Assembly (NCBI GenBank): GCA_004376465.1
Contig: SOJU01000281.1
Span: forward strand, 1-47,856
From: Anaerolineales bacterium
GTDB taxonomy: Bacteria; Chloroflexota; Anaerolineae; Anaerolineales; E44-bin32
DNA length: 47,856 nt
Reading direction: 5' to 3'
A program made the translations under genes and the position numbers. Positions 26,654 to 34,970 of the stretch are shown here, in pieces; the first letter of the stretch is position 1; each line of letters opens with the position of its first letter. The notes beneath the pieces are model-generated. The model ran no database searches. It had not been told where the DNA came from and worked only from the letters and a program-made list of their open reading frames with translations.

Positions 26654-27850
26654 ATGAATAACAAAAGAGCCCTGCGAGCTTTGTATTTTCTGGTGATTAC
26701 AGCGCTTCTCTTTCTTCCCGCGTGCAGTCAAGGCACACCCGACTTAACCGAGGAGCCCAATAGCGGCATTCCAGAGGATTTTCAGCCCATTGTCAGTGCC
26801 ACGGGTATTGTGCTCCCTTCAAAAAGGGTTGTCTTAAGTTTCTCGACTCCAGGCATTGTGGATGAAATCATGGTTGAAGAGGGGGAGGTGGTCGAGAAGG
26901 GAAAAATCCTGATGGCTCTAAAGGGGAGAGAACAGGCCCATGCTGCCCTGGAGACTGCTCGCTTAGAACTCATCCTCGCAAACCAAAGCCTGGATGAGGT
27001 GCACCGCACTTCTGCTCTTATCAGTGCGCAGACGCAGCTTTCCTTTGCGAATGCCCAGGATGCGCTTGAAGATGCAGAGTATAACTGGCGTGTCCAGCAG
27101 GAAGGTAATCGCGCCAGCCAATCCACGATCGACTCTGCGCAAGCTGGCCTCGTGCTTGCGGAGGAGGAGGTCGATCGAGCAAAAGGTAATTATGACCATT
27201 ACTCTGGTCGGCCCGAGGACGACGCCCAACGAGCAATGGCGTTGATCGAGCTATCTTCTGCACGCAGTGCCCGCGATGCCGCGCTCAGGAGGCTTAACTG
27301 GTATTTAGGCTATCCAGATGAGACAGAGCAATCCGTTCTTGATGCCAAGCTTTCTATAAGCGAGGCGGAACTCGGAGTTGCTGAACAGAATTGGGAAAGA
27401 GTTAAGGATGGGCCGGATCCCGACACCATCGAGCGAGCGGAAGCGCGGGTAGCCGCTGCGCAGGCTCATGTAAAAGCGGCTGAGGCCGCCCTCTCTTTGC
27501 TCGTTTTGGAAGCACCTTTCGCCGGGACGGTCAGTGATGTGTACTCACAAGAAAAGGAGTGGGTCGCTCCTGGGCAACCTCTGGTTGTATTGGCAGATTT
27601 ACAAACTCTAAGGGTGGAGACTACAGACCTGAATGAGATTGATGCAGCGCGAATCGAGATCGGCGATTTTGCAACCACCACTTTTGACGCGTTGCCAGAC
27701 ATTGTGGTTGACGGTCAGGTCATTTACATCGCCAGTAAATCGGAGCAGGGCTCGGGCGTGAATTATAAAGTGATCATTGAACTGAATGAAATTCCAGAGA
27801 AAGTCAGGTGGGGGATGACGGCATTTGTCGATATCGAAATTGAGAGTTAA
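26654..27850 (+). CDS. HlyD/MacA-type periplasmic adaptor (membrane fusion protein), lipoprotein
   Basis: Lipobox LPAC, lipoyl halves (GIVDEIMVEEGEVVEKG; LEAPFAGTV), long coiled coil, RWGMTAFVDI. Confidence 0.9.
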   Translation: MNNKRALRALYFLVITALLFLPACSQGTPDLTEEPNSGIPEDFQPIVSATGIVLPSKRVVLSFSTPGIVDEIMVEEGEVVEKGKILMALKGREQAHAALETARLELILANQSLDEVHRTSALISAQTQLSFANAQDALEDAEYNWRVQQEGNRASQSTIDSAQAGLVLAEEEVDRAKGNYDHYSGRPEDDAQRAMALIELSSARSARDAALRRLNWYLGYPDETEQSVLDAKLSISEAELGVAEQNWERVKDGPDPDTIERAEARVAAAQAHVKAAEAALSLLVLEAPFAGTVSDVYSQEKEWVAPGQPLVVLADLQTLRVETTDLNEIDAARIEIGDFATTTFDALPDIVVDGQVIYIASKSEQGSGVNYKVIIELNEIPEKVRWGMTAFVDIEIES

Positions 27851-27901
27851 TCACGGCGGGGCAGTCATGACATCGTTTAAATGCCCACGTGAGGCTTGAT
27901 G

Positions 27902-28143
27902 ATGGATGCTGCTAGAGGTTGGCTAATTGATGTCGACGACTTAGTGTGGGTATATGGTGATGGAGAGAAGATCCGTGCGCTTGACGGGGTCGATATTCGG
28001 GTCATGCATGGAGAACTCTAGCGACCACAGGACCGATTGGCGGCGGAAAAAGTACGCTCCTGAATGTCCTCGGCGCGCTCGATAAGCCCACGAGAGGGTC
28101 GATTTTCATTGGTGGCCCGGATATAGCCAATATCGAGAATTAA
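27902..28143 (+). pseudogene. Frameshifted, truncated LolD/MacB-type ABC ATPase
   Basis: ...YGDGEKIRALDGVDIRVMHGEL stop (TAG 28019), continuing in a shifted frame ATTGPIGGGKSTLLNVLGALDKPTRGSIFIGG...TAA 28141. Confidence 0.85.
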
Positions 28144-28268
28144 GCCACTTTCCACTTCAGGGTGCAATCGGGAATTGGTCCATCTTGGATTGCTCTTCTT
28201 GCATAGAAAATCTAAAATCACAACTCGAAGTTTGGTTGATTGTTCATGCTGTCAAGGAGTGATCGTCT

Positions 28269-28913
28269 ATGGCTAAACATTTCGTGCTCGTCGCCGGAAA
28301 CATCGGGTCTGGAAAAACATCCCTCACAGAGCGGCTGGGGGAACAGTTAGGTTGGGATACTGCGTACGAATCTGTGGTTGATAATCCGTACCTCGCCGAT
28401 TTCTACGCCGACATGGCCGTCTGGGCTTTTCACCTTAATGTCTTTTTCCTTGGCCACCGCGCTGACCAGCATCTAGCCCTGGCCGACTCTCCCGCGTCGA
28501 CGATTATCGACCGCTCTATATACGAGGACGCGGAGATCTTCGCCCGAGCTGCTCTAAGATTGGGGACGCTTTCTGATCGCGACTATGAGAACTACCGCAA
28601 GGTCTTCGACCTCATCGTGGGGAAATTACCTTCCCCGGACCTCTTGATACATCTGAAGGCGCCCGTGCCTGTTCTGATGGGGCGTATCCAGCAGCGTGCC
28701 AGGGATATGGAATTGGGGATCACCCAGGAGTACCTTGAGCTGCTCGATTCTCTATATGTGGAATGGGTCAACCGCTTCGATATCTGCCCGGTGTTAACGA
28801 TTCGCACGGATGATCTCGATTTCGTCCACCACCCGCGACACCTTGACATCGTGATCAACCGCATCCATGAAAAGTTAACCGGAAAAGAGGAACTTCAGTT
28901 TCCCGATGATTGA
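28269..28913 (+). CDS. Deoxynucleoside kinase
   Basis: AGNIGSGKTS P-loop, ESVVDNPYL.DFY, DRSIYED, RIQQRAR..E. Confidence 0.95.
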   Translation: MAKHFVLVAGNIGSGKTSLTERLGEQLGWDTAYESVVDNPYLADFYADMAVWAFHLNVFFLGHRADQHLALADSPASTIIDRSIYEDAEIFARAALRLGTLSDRDYENYRKVFDLIVGKLPSPDLLIHLKAPVPVLMGRIQQRARDMELGITQEYLELLDSLYVEWVNRFDICPVLTIRTDDLDFVHHPRHLDIVINRIHEKLTGKEELQFPDD

Positions 28914-29055
28914 TCCTTGAGTTTTCTGGAATTTCGATCCGGAAGGCTCTTTTCACCCCCCCCTGCGACTTTACAGCCTTTTTACAACCTAGATATGATC
29001 CTTTCGCGTACTTCCTTGAAACTATGTGTGTATTCAAATTTGAAGGAGGTTAGCG

Positions 29056-30228
29056 ATGTTTACAAAATGGACGAGGATCATTCTGGTGACTGTTGCTCTT
29101 ACTTTGGGATTAGTCGGGATTGCCTATGCCGAAGGTGATGCACCGGATGACCAAACCCGAGTTGCAGGGGTTATTCTCAACGTGGATTTCCCCGGAAATA
29201 CGTTCGCGGTCCGCACGCTCAGTGGAACCGATGTGCACGTGCATGTCACGGGTAATACCGAGTATCGAAGCCGCGACGGCTCTATTCAAGGATTTGAGGA
29301 TTTAGCCGTTGATATGCGCACCATCGTCGTCGGCCAGGAGCGTGGTGATGGGGCAATAAACGCTTCCGCAGTATTCGCGGCCACTCCCGAAGAGTTGCCC
29401 GACATAATGCGCTTGAAGGGCGAGGTTAACGGTGTAGGTGATAGCTACTTTACGCTCCTCACGGAGGATGGGCGCAGTCTGACAATTAACGTCATCGATC
29501 GCACCCGCTTCCGCAGCCGTGATGGGGAGGTGACTGCGCTGAGCGATCTAGAGCCTGGTATGACCGCCCTCGTAACTGCCGTGGATACGGAAGATAACGG
29601 CATCGTCGCCCTCGTTGTGGCGGCAGGGACTCCCGGTGGAGATATCCGCGACCGCATTTTCCGCACCACAGGTGAGATCACAGGGGTTGTCCCTGGACAG
29701 GAGACCTTCACCGTTCAATCAAATGAAGGCGAGAGCATCACGTTCGTCAACGGCGAGCGGGCGAAATTCAGGAGCCGCGATGGATCGGTAACTGGGATCC
29801 ATGATCTTAAGCAGGGGATGCTCACCATGGTAGGCGCGATTAAGATGGAAGATGGAACCAATCAAGCTCTGGTCGTGATGGTCGGAAATCCTGAAGACCG
29901 CCCTGAGCGCCCCAATGTCGTCAGCCCTTCTGGAAAGATCGTCTCGCTTGGGGGAAATTCCCTAACGATCGAGACTCGTTCCGGAGAGCAGAAGAGTTTT
30001 TCCGTGGATGGTTCGACCAAATACAAATCTCGAGATGGAAGTGTAAGTGGCTTCGGTGATCTCGAGGTGGGAATGGCTGCAATCGTCGTGGGAAGTGATC
30101 TTGGCAATGGCGAATTACTCGCCTTAGTTGTGGGCGCGGGCAATATTCCGACAGAGAGGCCTGAGCGGATGGGCGATGTTCGCCCGGAGGTGCTGCGGGA
30201 ACGTCCCCCGGTCTCGCAGACGGGTTAG
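29056..30228 (+). CDS. Secreted protein with four tandem beta-rich repeats (DUF5666-like)
   Basis: Signal peptide ending AYA; four repeats each with (Y/F)(R/K)SRDG....DL...M; SD AAGGAGG. Confidence 0.75.
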   Translation: MFTKWTRIILVTVALTLGLVGIAYAEGDAPDDQTRVAGVILNVDFPGNTFAVRTLSGTDVHVHVTGNTEYRSRDGSIQGFEDLAVDMRTIVVGQERGDGAINASAVFAATPEELPDIMRLKGEVNGVGDSYFTLLTEDGRSLTINVIDRTRFRSRDGEVTALSDLEPGMTALVTAVDTEDNGIVALVVAAGTPGGDIRDRIFRTTGEITGVVPGQETFTVQSNEGESITFVNGERAKFRSRDGSVTGIHDLKQGMLTMVGAIKMEDGTNQALVVMVGNPEDRPERPNVVSPSGKIVSLGGNSLTIETRSGEQKSFSVDGSTKYKSRDGSVSGFGDLEVGMAAIVVGSDLGNGELLALVVGAGNIPTERPERMGDVRPEVLRERPPVSQTG

Positions 30229-30269
30229 TGCCAAAACCCTAAACCGGCTATACACAGCTTGTTATAACG

Positions 30270-30305
30270 AAAATCCTGTGGGTGCAGACCCACAGGATTT
30301 TTTTT
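30270..30305. terminator. Intrinsic terminator between convergent genes
   Basis: AAAATCCTGTGGGT-GCAG-ACCCACAGGATTTT plus T tract. Confidence 0.85.
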
Positions 30306-30451
30306 AGGTAAGAGAGATGCTGGAATAACAACTGTGGACAGAGATGTATGAACCACCTGGAGCGATTGCTCGCCTTGCTTCTTGGCCCATTTTCGATAGG
30401 GATCGTATGAGCATCACGAAGAAAAACCAGGGTCGGGGGAAAAGGGTTCCC

Positions 30452-31297
30452 CTAGACCTTCTTCCAGACCTCCATGATATGCAGCGCGTCAACATCCATA
30501 TCTTGTGGGCTTTCGCACAGGACCCGACCCCCGCAATTAAATGTGTTGAGCGCCCGGAGTAGAACATCGAGATTGAAATCCGAATCTTTTAGCATCAGGT
30601 GATTTTTTTCACCCTTTGGCCCGAACTCGATACCAGAAAGGTGGCAGTGGAGGCGTGTGAGAGCCTGCTTCCCAAGGTAGTCCTCATAGCGCTCAAGAAT
30701 TTCTACCCATTCAGCGTATGAATTGATTGAGCCGTCCCCAGCTCGTGCATGCAGGTGAGCAAAATCAAGACAGGGCTCGACGCCTTCGATCTCTTTCGAT
30801 AATACGAGCGTGTCATCGAGTGATCCTAACAGGGCGCCCTTTCCCATCGTCTCAGGCCGCAGCACAACCAGATTCCCCTGATTGCGTAGTTCATCGAGAC
30901 AATCCCGCAACCTCTGGATTGCAAGGGGCAAGACATCCTCGGGAGGTTGACCGAAGTAGGAGCCGGGATGAAAAACGATATCCGTCGCTCCAGCGAGGTT
31001 CCCATAGAAGGCGGCATCCATCAGACGCTTCCGACCCTTTGGCCACTCCTCCTTATCGGCATTTAGATTAATGTAGTATGGCGCGTGTACGCTGAGGTGC
31101 ACTCCCAATTCGTCAGCGGTTTTCTTAATTGCCGCGCAAGTTTTCTCAGAAACTCTCACAGAGCGGACCCATCCAATCTCGAACGCAAGGAGTTCAAGTT
31201 TAGCAAGATGACGGATCGTGCCGATGGTCCCTCCAGGTTTCTTGGGGGTAGAGCGGGGCGTTCCGACGGTTCCAAATACAAAATCTGTATATGCCAA
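30452..31297 (-). CDS. nfo: Endonuclease IV / AP endonuclease family 2 (TIM barrel)
   Basis: HAPYYINL, FHPG, ETMGK, DFAHLHAR, HCHLSGI...H, CESP. Confidence 0.85.
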   Translation of the reverse strand: MAYTDFVFGTVGTPRSTPKKPGGTIGTIRHLAKLELLAFEIGWVRSVRVSEKTCAAIKKTADELGVHLSVHAPYYINLNADKEEWPKGRKRLMDAAFYGNLAGATDIVFHPGSYFGQPPEDVLPLAIQRLRDCLDELRNQGNLVVLRPETMGKGALLGSLDDTLVLSKEIEGVEPCLDFAHLHARAGDGSINSYAEWVEILERYEDYLGKQALTRLHCHLSGIEFGPKGEKNHLMLKDSDFNLDVLLRALNTFNCGGRVLCESPQDMDVDALHIMEVWKKV

Positions 31298-31423
31298 GTT
31301 TATCCATCCTTAGTTGATCTTAGGCGAGCCGGTAACCAGCGGGTGATTACGGGTTCCAATTGGATGCATGGAAACCAAGAAGTTTCTTTTTCGGGAAGGA
31401 TGTTCTTCCGCTTGAGGGGTAAA

Positions 31424-33979
31424 TTACTCGTTTTCTTTACGGAGCGATCCGGTTTTCGGGGTTTGCTCGCGCGGTATGGAGAAACTGAATGTGCTCCCCT
31501 CGTCCTCCTTGCTCGTAACCCAAATCCGACCTCCGTGCTGCTCGACGACTGTTTTGGCGAGAGCCAGGCCGAGCCCCGTACCATCGATAGGATTATTCGG
31601 ATCCATTACTGTAACCCGCCCGCGGAAGAGGTGATCGAATACGCGGGGTATTTCGTCCTCGGGGATGCCCGGCCCGTCGTCGATTACGCTGATAATGACC
31701 TCATCCCCATCCAAGCGAACTTTTATCTCGATCCGTGCTTCATCCCCACTGTATTTTATCGAGTTGCTTAAGAGATTCGATATGACTGAGCTCAAGCGGT
31801 TAACGTGACCCACGATCAACAGCGTTTCATCGGGCGGTTCGTAAATGATGGTTTGTTTCTTAGCATCGAAGAGAGGTTGTAAATCTTTGATTGTGTTAAG
31901 GATTAAATCGTGAATACGAAAGGGCTCATAGGCGATGTTAGAGGTTGACTCCACGCGGATTGTTTCCAGCAAACCGCTTATGAGATTTGTCATACTGTCA
32001 GTTGCGCGCTGCATCATGTTAAGCGCCTTGCGTTGCTGGTCGCTCAATTCGGCATCATTGAGCAAATCTGCCCCCAGACGAATTGCGTTGAGCGGGTTCT
32101 TTAAATCGTGGGCGGCGGTGCCAAGAAGTTGAGAGCGCATTCGATCGATCTGCTTGAGTGCGGTGATATCCTGCATAACCGCAACCCGCCCAACATCTTT
32201 GATTTCGCTGATCGTCGCATAGAGAACTCGTTCAGTGGGTGTCGTCACTTCGATACTCGTTGGAAAGGTGATTTCATCTTCCATTAGAAGTTCACCAAGT
32301 GGGTGATCGACGAAAATCTCAGATGCGAAGCGATCTTTTGCCAGGGCAGGGTTAATTCGAAAGACTTGTCCTGCAGTTTGATTTACCAGAATGATGCGAC
32401 CGCTGACATCCGTCAGAACTACAGCATCCGCTGTTTCCACCAATGTGGCCTCAAGGCGCGAGCGCTCATCCGCCACACCCTGGAACAAACCGGCATTCTC
32501 GAGGGAAACGGCAGCCCAAGAAGAAACCGAAGTTAGCAGTTGCTGGTCTGTTTCTGTAAATGCACCGCGAGGGTGATTGATGGCTTGGATCGCCCCCATC
32601 ACCTCACCTCGCTGTTGAAGTGGAACGCAAAGTACCGATGTGGTTAGAATGCCCGTTTGCCCGTCGATCGCGCTCTGATATAGGGGGTTTGTGCGAACAT
32701 CATTCACAATCAAAGGGCTATTATTACGAGTGACCCATCCAGCGATTCCCTCTTCCAGTCGAATGGCCACATCTCGAATTCTCATCCGTGCGCCACCACT
32801 GGCTTTTAACATCAATCTCTCTTTGTCGTCGTCGAGCAGGAAGAGAACGACCGCTTCCGCTTTCAAGAGATTCTGGGATTGCTCCATCGCTTTTTGGAGA
32901 GCGACTTCCAGGTCAAGTGTGGAGGTCATCTCCTTGCCGATTACACTTAATTCCTGTAACTGGATGGCTCGGGCTTCTGCTGTTTCGAAGTGGATCGCAT
33001 CCTGGATTCCGACAGTCCCGATATTGATAATCGCCTGAGCGAGTTCCAGCTCCTGCTCATCTAAATCGTGCCCTCCCTTGTTGTAGAGAAGGCGGACCAA
33101 CCCCAGGGTTTCTTTGCGAGTGGCTAGTGGAAAAATCGCTGCGGTGGAGATCCCTTCCGCTTCTAGCATTGCGATATCTTTCGCGGAACCCGAAGGTGGG
33201 GTGAGGCTTATGATCTCGGGTTTGAGTTCTTTTTGCACCTTCTGGTGGACTGGGTAATCCGGCATTTTATCCGCCACAAGAGAAACCACAGTTTGCTGCA
33301 TCGATTTCCCTAGCTGTTGTCGGAAACGGTACGTCTCACCCTTGCCCTCGTCGAAGGCGAATATTTCACAGGTGTCGGCTGATGTCGCTTTTAACAGGTG
33401 AGCTGCGGTCTGCTTGATGGCTTCCTGCCGATCCAGTGTGCCAGTGATGGCATGGCTGGCCTGGTAAAGCAGAGAAAGCTTATGCAGTAGGAAGCTCTGG
33501 CTTGTGGTTTGTTGGGCTAGGGTAAATATCTCTGCTGCACGCGAGGCCAGGACTTCCAGTGTTTCTAAATCTTGTTCGCTGTACGGATCGGGTTCATCTA
33601 TTGCGGTAAAAAGCAAACCGATGATCTTGTCGTCACTCAAGCAAGGCGCACAGGCGACAGCGCCGGGGGCAAGGGGTAGGCCGAGTGATCCGCTCTCGCC
33701 ATTCGTGGAAATTCCGCGCTTCGAAGAGAAGACTTCCAGCAAGAGAGGATGGTCGGAGCCGAGTGCAACCCGACCGAGGTCGCGCAGTGGCAGACCGTGA
33801 GCGAAGCGAGGTGTATATCCCGCCTCCGTTTTATCGATATCATAAAGTGCGGCTCGGTCTGCAGAGACCAATTCGCACGTTAGGAGAAGCAGGCTGGTCA
33901 GAGCCTGCATCGGGTTGTTGATATCGAATGAACTCGTAGCTGCTTGATAAAGATTTCCGCGCAGTTCCGTTGATTCCAT
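31424..33979 (-). CDS. Cytoplasmic sensor histidine kinase (GAF x3-PAS-HisKA-HATPase)
   Basis: AHDLKNPL H-box, NLLSNSIKY, DDGPGI, GTGLGL; GAF motifs such as EGIAGWV and SVLCVPL; no TM helix. Confidence 0.92.
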   Translation of the reverse strand: MESTELRGNLYQAATSSFDINNPMQALTSLLLLTCELVSADRAALYDIDKTEAGYTPRFAHGLPLRDLGRVALGSDHPLLLEVFSSKRGISTNGESGSLGLPLAPGAVACAPCLSDDKIIGLLFTAIDEPDPYSEQDLETLEVLASRAAEIFTLAQQTTSQSFLLHKLSLLYQASHAITGTLDRQEAIKQTAAHLLKATSADTCEIFAFDEGKGETYRFRQQLGKSMQQTVVSLVADKMPDYPVHQKVQKELKPEIISLTPPSGSAKDIAMLEAEGISTAAIFPLATRKETLGLVRLLYNKGGHDLDEQELELAQAIINIGTVGIQDAIHFETAEARAIQLQELSVIGKEMTSTLDLEVALQKAMEQSQNLLKAEAVVLFLLDDDKERLMLKASGGARMRIRDVAIRLEEGIAGWVTRNNSPLIVNDVRTNPLYQSAIDGQTGILTTSVLCVPLQQRGEVMGAIQAINHPRGAFTETDQQLLTSVSSWAAVSLENAGLFQGVADERSRLEATLVETADAVVLTDVSGRIILVNQTAGQVFRINPALAKDRFASEIFVDHPLGELLMEDEITFPTSIEVTTPTERVLYATISEIKDVGRVAVMQDITALKQIDRMRSQLLGTAAHDLKNPLNAIRLGADLLNDAELSDQQRKALNMMQRATDSMTNLISGLLETIRVESTSNIAYEPFRIHDLILNTIKDLQPLFDAKKQTIIYEPPDETLLIVGHVNRLSSVISNLLSNSIKYSGDEARIEIKVRLDGDEVIISVIDDGPGIPEDEIPRVFDHLFRGRVTVMDPNNPIDGTGLGLALAKTVVEQHGGRIWVTSKEDEGSTFSFSIPREQTPKTGSLRKENE

Positions 33980-34114
33980 GTGTTGGTGCCCTGAGAAGTA
34001 AATTAAGGTTGGATTGACTCGACATCACGAATTATGGCATAGATCAACCTACCCTGCAATGAACATAAAGTTCTATCGGCGCTGGCTGCGTATCATTATT
34101 GAGATGGGTTCGGA

Positions 34115-34510
34115 TTAAAGGAGCGAGGTGATTTTAATGATTAGCGGGGGACCAAGAATGAGAAGCCCCACGAGAATGGCGACGAGTGAGGAAATCAAGA
34201 CTGCTGCGGCACCGACATCTTTTCCGACCCGAGCAAGTGGGTGAATCTCGGGGCTTGCCAGGTCGACGATGGCTTCGAGTGCTGTATTTAGAAATTCCGA
34301 GACCCAGACTAATCCAATCGTTACAAGGAGAATCGCCCCAGAGAGCCTGTCTAGACCCACCCAAATCGCAACTGTAAAAACAAGTATTGTAGCCACGGCG
34401 TGAAGCCAGGCATTTCGCTGAGTGCGAATAACGTGCAGCCAGCCTGCAAATGCGTGCTGGAAGGAGGCAAGACGGGATTGGGCTCTCTTGGGAGATGTCA
34501 TCCGGTTCAT
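34115..34510 (-). CDS. dgkA: Diacylglycerol/undecaprenol kinase (DgkA family)
   Basis: SFQHAFAG, TQRNAWLH, EFLNTALE..VDL, KDVGAAAV; ATG 34510 overlaps the ybeY stop. Confidence 0.93.
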   Translation of the reverse strand: MNRMTSPKRAQSRLASFQHAFAGWLHVIRTQRNAWLHAVATILVFTVAIWVGLDRLSGAILLVTIGLVWVSEFLNTALEAIVDLASPEIHPLARVGKDVGAAAVLISSLVAILVGLLILGPPLIIKITSLL

Positions 34511-34959
34511 TCCAGTGATTGGATCGTGATTCCTAATTGGTCCAGAATTCGTTCTTGATGAATCCACATCCGGTCCTTGTCCTGCGGGAGAATGTGGTCA
34601 AATCCTAGCAAATGCAATGTGCCATGTACGGTCAGCAACATCAGCTCGTTGTTGGTTGAGTGTTCTGCGCGCTTGGCCTGTGCTTGTGCTATCGGCACGG
34701 CAATGATGATGTCACCGAAATACATCAGGTTAAGATCCGGGTCAACCGTGCCGTCGGGGAAGGAGAGCACGTCTGTGGGGATGTCTTTACCGGAGAATTC
34801 TCGGTTTAACGTCTGCATTTGCTCTCTATCGGTAAGGACGATGGTGAGAGCGCCGCTTTCAGCTTTCTCTGCAGCCAACGCGGCTAGCGCTGAACGTTCT
34901 ACATCAGATGTATATTCGCTGTATTCACTGTTGGACTTAACATGAGCCAGATGGGTCAT
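34507..34959 (-). CDS. ybeY: rRNA maturation endoribonuclease YbeY
   Basis: PTDVLSF, GDIII, HGTLHLLGFDH. Confidence 0.96.
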   Translation of the reverse strand: MTHLAHVKSNSEYSEYTSDVERSALAALAAEKAESGALTIVLTDREQMQTLNREFSGKDIPTDVLSFPDGTVDPDLNLMYFGDIIIAVPIAQAQAKRAEHSTNNELMLLTVHGTLHLLGFDHILPQDKDRMWIHQERILDQLGITIQSLE

Positions 34960-34970
34960 GAGGGTTCCAT

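Noticed and set aside
28987-28997. ACCTAGATATG, identical to the core of the NrdR box at 19175-19185
   Set aside because: Lacks the conserved G at box position 13, has no partner box, and lies downstream of the kinase; probably chance
31085-31771. 228-aa plus-strand ORF
   Set aside because: Antisense shadow of the nfo and kinase genes
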